Origin: the human T2T-CHM13v2.0 reference genome, Homo sapiens
DNA: 64,000 bases
Assembly (NCBI RefSeq): GCF_009914755.1
Contig: NC_060925.1
Reading direction: 5' to 3' (one strand)
The position numbers and the translations under genes are program-made. The notes beneath the pieces are model-generated. The model saw only the letters and a program-made list of their open reading frames with translations, did not search any database and was not told the origin of the DNA. Shown here piece by piece: positions 41,487 to 56,890 of the stretch (position 1 is the stretch's first letter; each line of letters opens with the position of its first letter).

Positions 41487-42132
41487 AGAAATAGAAAATA
41501 ACTTTAGAGCAGTATTTTCTATATTCTATATTTTTTCATATATTCTTATATGATTACCTGCATAGGATACATGTGTTGTGTTTTGCTTTGCTTACCTGAT
41601 AAAACACTGTTAAAAATAATATTTTAATTGAAAAGATGCTTAACCCACATTTTTTAATGGGTTAAGGTTAATGTTTTGTGGGTTTTTTTTAGCAGATGGT
41701 ATTGATTTAGTGTTTTTGGCAATAATTTTGTTAGCACTGATAGAAAAGATGAGGATTTGAAAGGAAACAATTGCTTGCTTTGTAAGTTGTGATGTTCAGT
41801 AATGACTAAGTACATTCATTTGCACAGCCAGTACAAACTCCAGATGATTTTTTCCCTGCCTGTTCCTTAAGTGGGTCATGTGATTTGGTGTTTATCACTG
41901 ACTTGAATATCTTCAAGTTTTACAAACCACATAACTTGACCATGAAATCAAGCAGTTCTTTCAAAGGACTCTTTGAAAGTAGATTTTATTTTTTTGGGGG
42001 GGTCATTTCAATGAAAAGAAGATTATGCAATTTGTGTATGGGTTTTGGAACTTTTCTCCCTTCCTTTCCTTCTTTTTATTTCATCTTTCTTTGCTGACTT
42101 CTTTCTTCCTTCCGTCCTTCCTTCCACCTTCC

Positions 42133-42425
42133 TTTTTTTTTTGAGACAGCGTCTCGCCCTGTCACCCAGGCTGGAGTGCCGTGGCCCGATCTCGGCTCCC
42201 TGCAATCTCCACCTCCCAGGTTCAAGCGATTCTCCTTCCTCAGCCTCCTGATTAGCTGGGACTATAGGCGCGTGTCACCATGCCCGGCTACTTTTTTGTA
42301 TTTTTAGTAGAGACAAGGTTTAGTTATGTTGGTCAGGCTGGTCTCGAACTCCTGACTTCAAGTGATCCACCTGCCTCGGTCTCCCAAAGTGCTGGGATTA
42401 CAGGCGTGAGCCACTGTGCCTGGCT
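42133..42425 (-). mobile_element. AluS with adjacent CT-rich tract (42050-42133)
   Basis: Reverse Alu body. Confidence 0.93.
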
Positions 42426-43292
42426 CCTTCCACCCTCTTTAAAACAAGTTTCAATGCAGAGATTTCTGTGGTACTTTTTGGTTGGTCTTCCCAACACAGT
42501 CTCTGCCATTAGCAGTTAGCTTTTAGCGAGGCTGATAGGCCATTCATTTATTTTATAAAATCAATTTTTGTGTATGGTATTTGGTGGCCGTCTTTCAGAG
42601 ATGACAGTGACTCAAGTGTCTGTGAGATTGTGACTGCTGCATTTTATTTAGATCTGGTCTTTTTTGTTTTAGGGATAATGGGAAAGGAGCCTAATCCTTA
42701 AAGAATGGTATCTAAATTTGTGAAGAACCTGCCTAAATTGTTATGGTGGCACATGTGACTGATGGATCTTTTGGATTTGAATGCCTGTAATGTTTTAAAT
42801 ATATGTTTACTATTAAAATTGTTCCTGGGTTCCTTCTTTCTTCTGTAGGATATGTATATGGATTAATTGTACAGAACCATTAACATGCTGACCTTTGTGC
42901 AAATGTGAAATACTTCTTTAATGGTTCTTTTAAAAACTGGGTTCTGTCAACGTTGAGAATTTCAGCACCATTATCTGTTAAGTTACTACCCCATTTTAAG
43001 TATTGCATAGTTTGACATATGTATGCACAAATACACATGTGGAATCATAAATTAAACGATATGTAAAAAATGGGGAGATTATTTCAGAGGTAGTAGGTTT
43101 ATTTTTGAATAATAAGTGTATCTTAAATTCAGTAAATTAAATATATAATAAATGCCCATGATGTATAAGGAACTATGTTTGATGCTAGGTAGATTTATAA
43201 ATAGCTGTAAGTTCTTATTTCTTATAGAATAAGGAATTGTCCATAAAGACCCTACAGCTTAGAACTGCTGAATTTAATAAGCTGTATACTAG

Positions 43293-43346
43293 TTTTTTGT
43301 CATTACTTTTAATGACAAAAACTGCAAGTACTTTTGTAACCCAATA
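43293..43346. mobile_element. MADE1 (mariner MITE), partial
   Basis: 'tttttgtcattacttttaatgacaaaaactgcaagtacttttg' matches the MADE1 centre and right TIR. Confidence 0.75.
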
Positions 43347-43741
43347 GTAGTTCACATGAGAGACATTATCACAAGACAAAGAGATTAGAGAAAACTTTAT
43401 ACATAATGACTTGGGACTGGAACTTGAAGATAGGATTTGTAGAGGCATAGAGGTGTGGGGGACAAAGTACCCAGTAGAGGAAGCCTGAGACAGGATGGGA
43501 AGTTGCAGCATGTGTTTGAGGGACCAGTTTGGTTATAATATATGGGATACATTTTAGAGAGTAGGAAAAGATAAGATTGGGGCTAGGACATATAGGACCT
43601 TGAGTACCATCTTGAGAAAACTCTGAAGTTTGTGAAACAGTGAGGTGATTGGTCATCTATTCATTTGGTAAACAATTGAGTATCAGTTGTGTGCCAGGTA
43701 CCAATTAAGCAGAAAAGTAGAGTGGGTAAGAATTACATAGC

Positions 43742-44079
<338 letters not shown>

Positions 44080-44349
44080 CTAAGTCTGTCTGTGATGATA
44101 AATTTGTTAAATCATCAAGTCATTGATTTTTATAAAAATTTCTAATGTTAAGGTCTAAGAAATTTTTATAAGAACTTTCATTTTTGGTTACTGGTCCTAA
44201 GAGAGAACTATTTTATCATGAATATCAAAAATTTTAGTATTTCACGTAGAAGTTTTTTAGTTGAGACCTTTTAAAATGCAGGATTACTTTAGCTAATTTG
44301 ACTTCTTTTGGATATTGTTGAATTTAATTTTAAGTCAAATTTAAAATTA

Positions 44350-44674
<325 letters not shown>

Positions 44675-46862
44675 TTAGATTACACATGTTAAATTTAAAT
44701 TTAAATAAGTTGAAAATTAAAACCCAAACACACCTTAAATAAATCACAACCCAAATAATCTTGTACCCATCTCTTCAGCTGGAGGAGGGAATTGAGGCAA
44801 TGGGGGTTCTGTGTTTGACTTCTGCGAACACAAGGTAGATGTTTATTTGTTATTGCTGCTGATGTTTAAATCAGAAAAGGTTAGAAACGCATACTGAGTA
44901 GGCAGAATTATAGCTTCCACACTCTGTTTTAGACAGATTGGGATAGATATCTGATTGTCTTTGAGAATAGACTTTTAACAAAGTGATAAGAGTTGAGATA
45001 AGTCACAAATATAACCTCACAGGAGTTCATATTAGTGTAGCAAAAGTGTGGGTATTATTAAGTAGGTTCTTCCGTACACCCTACTTTTTGTTCAAGGACA
45101 TTTCTGTGGGTTCTGATCAATGGTATTTAGTGGTATTTAATATTTGTATGCCCCACAACCGCCCTCTAGTACCCTACATATTTATTACTATAAACTAACC
45201 TTTGATCTCTGATACTGTTGAATAGTTTAGTTATATATTCAAACTGTGTGGCAAGACTTGCAGTGGAGAATATAGGAAATGGGGTTTGGCCTGAGGAGAA
45301 GGGCGTAGGAAAGGCTTGGTGCTGTGCCTTGTTCTTTAGATTTTACATCCCTTTAATTGCTTTCCTCCTATGACCATTGCTTTGCCATGACTGTCTAAAA
45401 CTGTGGTATGATGTATGAGTTATGAGGTGTTCATTTCAGATGTTATGCACTGAGCTCTAATTAACTTGACAGAAGCCAGATTGATTTTTATGCAGAGACT
45501 TTTAGTATAGTAGATTTGGAGCTAGAAGACCTAGGCTTGAACCTTGGCTGTTTCTCTTATTATTTGTGTCACAAAATGTAGGTTTTCTTAATCTGTTTTC
45601 TTATTAGTAAAGAGGGAATAGTCATTACTGTTGTAGGTTGTTGTGAGGTTGTTGCAATAAGGCTTAAATGAGATGCCAAGAAAGCATTTTATAAAATTCT
45701 AAAGAGCTATTTAAATGTCCAGTGTCCTTGGTACATGGTGAGTCTTTGGAGGCACATAGTGTGTCTTAAGTATCATTTGGAGCAACTACAACAGTAAGGC
45801 ACAGATTTTTAAGTTGTAAGCTCTGAGAGTACAGACTTTGTCTATTTTGTACCACTGTATCTGCAGCATCTTATAGAATGGTGTTTATTTATTTCTAAGT
45901 TTCAAAACTTTAAAACATTTTTCTTCTGCTTACCCCCTTTCCTTAGAAGTTTGATGATTCTTTCTTCGTCTTCAAAAGAAAAAAAAAAGATATAAACAGA
46001 GCATAGCATCCTGTCCTGTAGTTGGATAGATAAGCTAACTCTTTGTGGGCTGGTCCTTAAAAGTAAAGAGGGTGGGTGGTTACAGTGGGATTCTCTTTTA
46101 GTTCTATTTCTGCCACAAATAAAGAGAAACAAGATAATAGATGGGAACCTGAAAAGAAAAATGTTTCAGTAGAACTTAGACAGGCAGGAATTTAGGAATA
46201 GCAGTGGAATGGAGAAGCCAGAATAGGAGTTTGGGTTGGGTCCAGGGAAAGATGATCTAGACCATAAAGGCGTACACGAGGTCTTACTATTAAGACATTC
46301 TGTCACAGACAGGTAGGGCACACTAAGCTTATACATGAAAATTCAGACTGCTTTAAAAAATGGTACCTTGTTTATATTTTTATGTATGTAAATCAGCATT
46401 CCTGTGGTGATAGATGATAGATAAGATTATTTTTTCAGATAGTATCCCTATAATTCTTTTTAGTAGGTTAAATATACCCTTCAAATTAGTTTTCCTGAGA
46501 GTGAATTATTTGACTCATCCAGGCTCTGTTACACATGAGCTGTGTGATATTGGGCAAGTTACCCAACTTACTTGACTCTGTTTTTTTCCCATGCTTAAAG
46601 TAGAATAATACTTACCTTGCAGAGTTGTTGTTAGGATGCAAAATAACGCATGTGAAGTACCTAGTGCAGTATTAAGTATACAGCAGGCATTCAGTTAATG
46701 GTGGGTATTATTATTTTTTGATGTAGGCTTAATGTATAATTATTTGTATATCATTTGACAGTAAGTACTATTGATATAGTATGAACATTCCAAATGTTGT
46801 TGGTCTTGTGGGTTTCAGCGTTTGTTTTTAGACTAAATATATATTATGTTTTCCTTTCATAG

Positions 46863-46959
46863 ATTTCTGAGAGAGCAGACACCATCTTATTTCTGTTGAA
46901 TTGTATTTAGTAACTCAAAAGGCATATACCAAGCTGTCAGAAGCAGCTTCATTTAAAAG
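46863..46959 (+). other. Probable exon 3 (97 nt, non-coding, no ATG)
   Basis: Branch-like 'gactaaa', acceptor 'tgttttcctttcatag|' and donor AAG|GTAATT in unique sequence. Confidence 0.6.
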
Positions 46960-47413
46960 GTAATTTCAAATTTTGAAAGAGTCATTTACTCTTTAATTTT
47001 ACTTGGATTTTATTTGTATACTTGACAGATAATTAATGGTTCTCTTACACTAAATTTGATTCATTCAGACTATAGAACATCCCTATTATATCATATTCAC
47101 TCCGTATTGGAGTTTTTTTCTTTTTTAAAAACATCTTTGGTAATACAGTTGATTTCCCAATCTCAGTGAGCACTACTATGCTATATGACATGAACAATGT
47201 AAATAATTTGTTTCCTTGCAAATATTTAAAAATTTTTCCCAAATGATTTTAAATGTATTTTGTTTAAATGCAAAATACCAGGTGCATTTGGAATCATCCC
47301 AGTGGGGAGCTTGTTACTGGAGTAGGAAAGAGATAAGCTGGAAAGAAATTGTGTGCTATGGCAAATTTTTATACTACTTTTAGGCAACCTTAACATCTAT
47401 TTAAAAATTGAGT

Positions 47414-47716
47414 GGCTGGATGCGGTGGCTCACGCCTGTAATCCCAGCACTTTGGGAGGCCGAGGCAGGTGGATTACCTAGTATCAGGAGTTCAAGACCA
47501 GCCTGGCCAACATGGTGAAACTCTGTCTCTACTAAAAATACAAAAATTAGCCAGGTGTGGTGGCACACGCCTGTAATCCCAGCTACTTGGGAGGCTGAGG
47601 CAAGAGAATTGCTTGAGCCCAGAAGGCGGAGGAGGTAGCAGTGAGCCGAGATCGTGTCACTGCACTCCAGCCTGGCAGACAGAGTGAGACTCTTGTCTCA
47701 AAAAAAAAAAAAAAAA
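47414..47716 (+). mobile_element. AluS
   Basis: Full Alu; TSD aaaaattgag. Confidence 0.95.
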
Positions 47717-48485
47717 TTGAGCTTAATTCAGCAGACTTCCTAGATCTCTATTTTGTATTTAAGATAGTAGTAGCAAATAGAGCTTTTAGTGGACTATGAA
47801 TAATTTTGACTTTTGAGATAGGAGGAATAAGTTGTTTTATTTTCTGAGGGCACACTTGGTACTAGAATCTTTAAGTGACCATGAAATGAAGGTAAACATA
47901 ACTGGGGGGAAAAAACAGCCTTAAATTATTTTACTCTCATGATGTTTGTAAGTAAGCGTGCTAGGTTTTAGAGATACACAGAGAAACTACTGTGACTGTG
48001 AAGGTTTCTTCCTGTAGCTTTATGCTAGTCCAAAGATAACATTACTTCATGAATTTTCAGCAAATGTACAGAAGTGGTAATGTGTGACCAAACTTTAATA
48101 TCTGCTTGGAACTAGTGCTTTCTTATCATTTGGAAGAAAAGAATTATCATTTTAAACCATTTAACATCTGGGAGTGACTATAATTATGACAGACAAACTT
48201 TATTTTCACTGGAAGATAGAATAGGATAGTGAAAAGAGCACTGCAATGAAAATCAGGAACCCAGGGTCTGTACTTGCCCTTTTTTTCAGTAACTGGCTGT
48301 GGGACCTTAAACAACTCATTTAATCTCTGAGTTTTAGTTGCTTACTATGTAAAATGAGACAGTTAGAATTAAATATCAAGGTCCTTTCCACCTAAGGGAA
48401 GGAAATTTTGTAATAAAACAAATAGTATTAAGGAGGACACCCAAGACTGGTTAGAATCATCCAGTTGAGCAAGAAATTAAAAAGA

Positions 48486-48524
<39 letters not shown>
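48486..48524. repeat. (TA)n(CA)n compound microsatellite
   Basis: Direct reading. Confidence 0.92.
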
Positions 48525-48525
<1 letters not shown>

Positions 48526-48682
48526 CTATTGTTATTTAGCATGATTTAGTGTGGAGACAGTATTGGATCCAGAGACAGAAGAGGAGTTGAATCCTGGCTT
48601 AATCATTGCTGGCTATGTGGCCTTAGGTAAATAACTCTGATTTTCAATTTTCTTATCTTTAATAGGGATTATAATACCTACC

Positions 48683-49193
48683 TATGACAGAGACTGCCAA
48701 ATATACTCCAGTAGCCATTCTGCTTTTCTTCTTTTCAGAAATAAAATTTCTAGTCCTGCCTGAAGTTTAAGCTAGCCCATGACTACACAAGTGCAACTGT
48801 ATTTCCCAGGTAGATGCCGGTAGATTGGGCCCAGTAAGTTTGGGCCGTTGGGATGTGAAAGGAAGAGATGCGGGCAACTTTTTGGGTCATCTTCTTAAAG
48901 AAAAAGCCATTTGTCCTGGATGCCCTCTTTTCTTTTTTCTCTTTGGCTGGGAAATGACAAGAATTAAAGCAGCAGCCTTGGATCCAGAGATGGACGCCAA
49001 TTGATGAAGACAGCAGAACTGACTGGCTAGTCTGGGTTCCCTGGAGCAGAGCTGTCTCTCCACCCTAGGTTATCCACTTACTTTTGTACTGTTATGTGAG
49101 AGAGAAATAAACTTCTATCTTCTTTAAGCCCTTGTTTTTTTTGGTATTTCTTTGTTATAGCTGATTAGTCTGCCCAGTGGCCTAAACAAAACA
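48683..49193 (+). mobile_element. Old MLT1 (J/K/L-type) LTR inserted in a MIR
   Basis: 'gttatgtgagagagaaataaacttctatcttctttaagcc' 3' end; TSD ctacc at 48678-48682 and 49194-49198; MIR on both flanks. Confidence 0.7.
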
Positions 49194-50229
49194 CTACCTT
49201 AAAGAGTTGTGAAGACCAGAGATTATAAATTGCCTAGTTTAGTGGGTGGCCCATTATCAGTATTATCTACCATTTGTTAAATATTCACTTTCCATCTATT
49301 GTGGGTGGGGCACAATGCTAAATGTAATGATCATGAAAATAGTTTCTATTATCAGTGGATTTAAGAAAAATAAAAACAAGGATTCTTAACAATTTAACAG
49401 AGGTATATAAAATAACTAGCAACAGCCAGTTAGAGAACAAAATTCTATAATGTCATTCGTAATAGTAACCAAAAATATAATTTATCTAGAATGAAAAAAT
49501 AAGAAATGGGCAAGAAGACCTTTATGAGAAACTGTTTAATTAAGACCAAAAAACCATAAAATTTATGAAGAGCTATTTCTTGTTACTTAATGTTATAAAA
49601 CGTTGTTTCTCACAAAGGTTAGTTTATAGGTTTAATTAATGTTAAAAACTCAAATATGACATAATGCATATAATGAAAAACATTGGTTCCCTGGTCCACC
49701 CTTTCTCATCCCTGCATGGTTATCCCCAGAGGCAACTACTTATTATCCTCTCGATAGTTTTTCCTATTATTTCTCAATAGTAATTATGCTGCCATTTAAA
49801 TTTTTTTCCCAATTTAATCATATATGTCGACTTACTAATAAGGCAAAGGAAGATTTAGCTTTTTTATACTTAAGTTTTTTCCTTTCCCTCTCAACTTTTC
49901 TTTCCCTAATATAATTATCACTATTTTTGGTTAGTGTCTTCATTGTTATAATTATGTATTGTTCATACTTGAGCCACTCAGTGATTATGATTACATTTAC
50001 TGTTTTTCTATAACTTGTTTTCTTGGAGTTTATGGGAAATTATCTTGTATTATATCCCTGATAATTTTTATTCCCATTTTTTCTTTTTAGAATTTCTTTT
50101 GTCTAATATTCAAACTCCTGGATTTTGATTTTCTAATTTTTACTTTTCTAGTGTCTGGGAGATTTTCTAAGCCTTTTCTTCCAATGTTATTATATATTTT
50201 TTAATTTACTGCTCTCATTTAAACTTTTC

Positions 50230-50525
50230 AGCTGGGCATGGTGGCTTATGCTTTTAATCTCAGTACTTTGGGAGCCCCAGGTAGAAGGATCATTTGAGGC
50301 CAGAAGTTAAAAGACTAGCCTGGGCAACATAGTGAGACCCCATCTACAAAGAAAAAAAAATTAGCTGGGCATGGTGCATTGGTGCATGTCTGTAGTCTTA
50401 TCCAGTCAGGAAGCTGAGGTAGGAAGATTGCTTGAGCTCAGAGTTAGAGGTTACAGTGAGCTATGATTGTGCCACTGCACTCCAGCTTGTGCAACAGAGT
50501 GAGACTGTGTCTCAAAAATATAAGT
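50230..50525 (+). mobile_element. AluJ within old L1 fragments
   Basis: Diverged two-arm Alu; TSD taaacttttca. Confidence 0.88.
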
Positions 50526-50841
50526 AAACTTTTCAAAGCCTTTTCTTCTTTTGTGAGCATTCATTTTTATAGTCTATTATTGTTTTATGGTTATAATTTC
50601 ATCTCTCTCCAAATATATTAATTTTGGTTTTAAAAAACAATTTGTGGATTGTATTTTTGTTTGTTTTTCTATTTGATTTGGTTTCTTTATTTTGTGATAG
50701 GCGCATTCCTTGGTTGTTCCTCAAACATTTAGCTAATACTAAAAATCTTGGGAACTCTGTGTGCATGGGTTTCACTCTAGGGCTGTTAGTTGAAGATCAG
50801 ATTTATTTTATTGAGACATTGCTGACTCTTAATATCTATAG

Positions 50842-51166
50842 CAGGGGTCCCCAACTCCCAGGTTGTAGATGGGTAACACTGTGTGGCCTGTTAGGAACTG
50901 GGCCGCACAGCAGAAGGTAAGTGGCAGGCCTGAGCTGTGCCTCCTGTCAGATCAGCAGCAGCATTAGATTCTCATAGGAGTGTGAACTCTATTGTGAACT
51001 GTGCATACAAGGCATCTAGGTTGCATGCTTCTTATGAGAATCTAATGCCCGATGATCTGAGGTGGAACAGTTTCCTACCGAAACCATCACCCCTGCCCAC
51101 GTTGTCTGTGGAAAAATTGTTTTCCATGAAATTGGTTCCTGGTGCCAAAAAGATTAGGCACCACTT
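50842..51166. mobile_element. MER1B hAT-Charlie element
   Basis: 'caggggtccccaac' to 'ggtgccaaaaagattaggcaccactt'; perfect 8-bp TSD atctatag at 50834-50841 and 51167-51174. Confidence 0.88.
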
Positions 51167-51309
51167 ATCTATAGCCTTTTCTCTTGGGCTGATGTCTCTT
51201 TCCAAAGAAGAGTCTTTCTCCTGCCTGGGAGGTACAAGTTGCTACTAGTTTCTGACAGTTAAACAAAGGAAGAGAACTGAGAGGTAGGGAGTGATCTCAC
51301 TGCTTAGTA

Positions 51310-51949
<640 letters not shown>

Positions 51950-51960
51950 TATAAATTTAA

Positions 51961-52283
<323 letters not shown>

Positions 52284-52288
52284 ATTAG

Positions 52289-52604
<316 letters not shown>

Positions 52605-53039
52605 AGAAGGGTTCTTAAAAAAATAAAAATAATTACAAAACCCCAATTTGTGCATAGTTATACCATTTAGTTAAATACTATATGTACACAACTTACTGTC
52701 ATCAAATTATTATTATAATAAATGCAAAGGTGAGTAGAGCACCTGATTAATCTTGGACACAGATTTTGTCTTATTTATCATTGTGATTCCATTACATAGC
52801 ACAGTGCCAGACATATAAAATGCTATTAATAATATGTTTGAAAGAATGAATTAATGACTAAATCAGTGTGTATATGCTAATTAGTGTAGTACATACCTTT
52901 TTCATCTGTAAATTTTTCTTTTGTTAGCATATTTTATTTTCTTTCTCTACATATTTGACTCCTTCCTTTTAAAAGCTTATTATACATTATTTTAAGTAGT
53001 TTTATTTTTTAGTAGGATCTCATAACACTAAACAAACCT

Positions 53040-53275
53040 GTATTTGTCAAACATTTATGCATTGTTTACTGTGTGCCTGGTGCTGTTCTTAAACCATTTA
53101 ATCCTCATTAATAACCCTATAAGGTGGTTACTGCTAATATTCCATTTACAAGAGGAAACTGAGGCACAGAGAAGTTAGGTACTCACTCAAGGTTATCCTG
53201 CTAGTAAGTGTCAGAGCTGGACTTCTTGAACTCATGTCTGGGTTCCAAAGTTTATGTGTTTAACCACTACGCTAG
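53040..53275 (-). mobile_element. MIR SINE
   Basis: 'tttaatcctcattaataaccctataagg..gaggaaactgaggcacagagaagttagg'. Confidence 0.8.
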
Positions 53276-56200
53276 ACAGACTCCTATTTTTAAAAAGTAC
53301 CAGCTCTAAAAATTATTTCCATCTCCAGAAGACTGCCCTTACTAGTGGGGCTTTTGTTATTTATAGTAAATTTTATTAAAATAGAAATTTTCAAATGGTA
53401 ATATTCACTGTACTTGTCTTTTATCATCAAGCTATTTAATGAGTATACTGTTTTATTTTTAAAAGTGATATTTATTATAAGCATATTTGATGTCTGTGTG
53501 CTAATAATTATATGGATAAAATATTGATATTGGTAAAATTTGGCATTATTTCAAAATGTGATGGAATATGTATGTGTGACTGTTGGAGTGCTTTACTTTC
53601 TGTTGGTATTGGTAAAGTATTCTTTCTGGCTGAAGCATCTCTGAAATATCAGAGGAAAAATGGGAGGTGGGATCCAGAGGGATTGGAATTTTAGACATCT
53701 TTCAATTATTTTTGTCATTTGTGATAAGTACCTAATGAATTTTGAACCTAGTAATGCCCTTATGTGCTAACTATTTTGGTACCTGAGGAACTGGAGTGTT
53801 TCTGTTCCTTACCTTGTTTAGTGGTCTAGGAAAGAGGTCTGAAGATTCAAACTCTAGTCTAGTTTAAGTTTGTGTTTGATAGTTTACAAATCAAGGTGCT
53901 TAAATTCACACTTTATTTACTGCTATATGCAGCTCTTTTTTAAAGCCTTTTGTGATATTTTTTGGTATTTTGATTGTTTAAAGCCCTCAGGTAGCCTAAT
54001 TAAAAATGGGATGTCCAAATTCACGGAGGCATCTGTTAAATAAAACCTGTCATTTAAAAAAAAAAAAAAAGGAATTGTCTGTTTTATTCTATAGCCACAG
54101 CAGAAGGGTTAAATATGGACAGAACACTATTTGTCCTTTTAGGTATTACTGTTTTAGAAGGAGATTATAGCTATACTTTCTTTTTTATGCCTTCCCTCTT
54201 TCCCTAGATAATTAGTACTTTTATAAATATAGTGTCTGGCAGAAATTGCTTTATATTAAATATCAAAAACAGCAATCAATAGTGACAGCGATCCATGTAT
54301 ATTAGTATTTTCCAAAGTATGTTCCATGGGAGATGGCTTGCTGGAATATGGTTTTATAATCATAAACTGAGGAACAATTGCATAAATACTGCCCCTCCCA
54401 ACATACAAACATGCATCTGTTAACACACAGGCTTTGGAGAGTCACAGTATACATTAATTTATTAATGGTACTAAGAAGTCCTGTGGTAATAAAAATGGAT
54501 TTAATTTTGTTTAGCTCAACATTTCCCACATTGTTTGACCTCAGAACCTTTTCTTTCCTAATCTTATGGTTGTCTGATGCACTTTATGCTCCACAGATGA
54601 CTCTTTGGGATATAATGCTATATTCTGTGACAGTGTAACAGTAGATCTATTATTTTGATGAGGTTTCAGAATAGTAGCCCATCAAAAATATGCCATTATT
54701 AGTTCATTCGTAGTTAATAAATGGATTTTAGGAATGGCATTTAAAAATTATTAGAAATTTGAGGTGGAATGCATCTTCCTTGAATTTATATAACATTGGA
54801 CCTTGCTTTTATAGACACATTACTTACCGAGGACTTTAATCTCTCACTTGATATATAATGAGAGAATGGTAAACCTCATTAATTTTGACTAATCGGGGAA
54901 GCTAGGCAAATCCAAGATAGTATTAAAAAAAACAGAATAGTTTTAAGAAATGCAGTGTTATCACTGCAAATACTGTGTCTAAAATTATGCCAACATAGAA
55001 GATTCTGGGTGGAAATCCTTTAAAGAATAAATAACAGTGACTTGTAATTAGTTCAGTTGCAAATATATATGTACTTCTGAAATAAGTGACATTATTTAAA
55101 ATATTTTTTTCAAAAGTTTTAGCTTTTATTACATGTATCTTATTTACACTGTTTGCTTGCTAAACCATTTCTTTATAGAGTAGTCTGTTTCAAATTTCTA
55201 GTATGGTATGGCTCGTAAAAATTTACTGAGTGATCTATATCCTAATTGAGAATATGGAATGAAACATGGAAATAAGGCAGGGGAGAGACCTTCTCTAATG
55301 AAGGATGGGGGGGGGAAATTTCTTTTGAGCAGTGATAAAAATAGCAAACAAGAACAAACATTTGACTATTATTGCTGAAAGGAGTGATTAATAATTAACT
55401 AAAAGGAAAAGCATCTGCTTCTTGAGTTCTGTAAAAGTCCAGATTGAAGGCCAAGAAGTATTAAATCACAATAGCAATCAAAAGACAAGAAAGAAAAATG
55501 AAAACATGGTGGAAGAGAAAGATGAAATTGTAGCAACCAGGATGGTTAGTTATTGGGGAGGCCCCAAACAGATAACATTCCACAGGAGAGTCAGCATTAA
55601 AAGACGCAAAAGCCCCAGAAAAAGTAGATAAATCATGTCACTCTTGTTTTTACGCTGAAGATATAGATATATTATACCCCTGTTGAAGTGTGGTGCTGGG
55701 GCTAGGAAAGGCACCCATGGAATTACGATAGTCCTTAAAGTACTACCTTTTTACATGCTAAGTGTTTATCTCTAGAATGTATCCAGAGTATTCTCCAGTC
55801 TTTGTATTTTTAAAACAGCATTTACACATTTGTTTCCTAAAATCTCATCATATCAGTTGTTTTTATCAGGCTTTAATAGACCTGATGTGTTGAGGTTCCC
55901 TCAATTCCCTTTTTGCTTCCTTTGTTTCTTTTTATTCCTTTGTGATGTAAGACAGCATAGTAGCATCACCTCATTTTATAGGAATGGGGAAATCAGGTTG
56001 AAGATTAAGTGGCTTGTGTACGGAGTGAAAGGAAGGAGGCTTTCAAGTGTAGCTTAGAAAACAGGAGTTTAGTATTTTTATAGGGAAAGAATATGATGGC
56101 TAATTTAGCAGGTTTTCTGAATTAAACTTATGCTTGATTGTACGCTTAAGTATTAAATCTTTCAAGTATTATCTATATCAGTACTGACTAATCTGCCTTC

Positions 56201-56853
56201 AGTTATATAATGGATAGCCGATCCAGCCTTTCCTTTTAAGAAAATCCTTGATGTATTAGACCGTTAAAACAAATTCTAACATTTGGTGTTCATTAGTGTT
56301 GTAACTGAAACAAAAACATTTTAATGGTTAATCCCAGAGTATTTTGAAGTTAGTGTAAATTTGCAGGAAAGGTATTTAAGCTTTAGTATCAATTGCAAAT
56401 AGGCCATGAGCCAATTTTCAAAGCTGTTTCTTAGTGAGACATTGAGATTTTCTCAATACAAAAAATGCGTTATGCAGCATTGTGCCATGTGACAAGGAAA
56501 CAGAATGGAACAATTACAATGAGATTTGTATTGATAATTGTATTTCTGTGTGAGTCGTTTAAGATACTGGGAAGCAAAGTGAGATTTAGAATAACCCCCC
56601 AGCAACTTCAACAATTGCTTACATTTAGTTGTAGACCACGAAAGAGGTATTTTTAATATAAAAGGATGGGAATTGCTGGGCAACAATTAAAACTTCAAAC
56701 TCAACATTTAGGGTTTAGCCAACTGACTTTACTAAAATGGAATGCTTTAACTTTTTGACTCTATATTTCAGGAAAATTGCTCATTGTAGTTTATTAAGGT
56801 AAAATGACTTTTTGTGATGTAGTGCTAAAAAGGTCAAATCTCCACTTAAAATA

Positions 56854-56890
56854 TTAGGTTGGTGCAAACGCAGTTGCAGTTTTTGCCATT
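56854..56890. mobile_element. MADE1 half element (single TIR)
   Basis: 'ttaggttggtgcaaacgcagttgcagtttttgccatt' preceded by TA. Confidence 0.75.
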
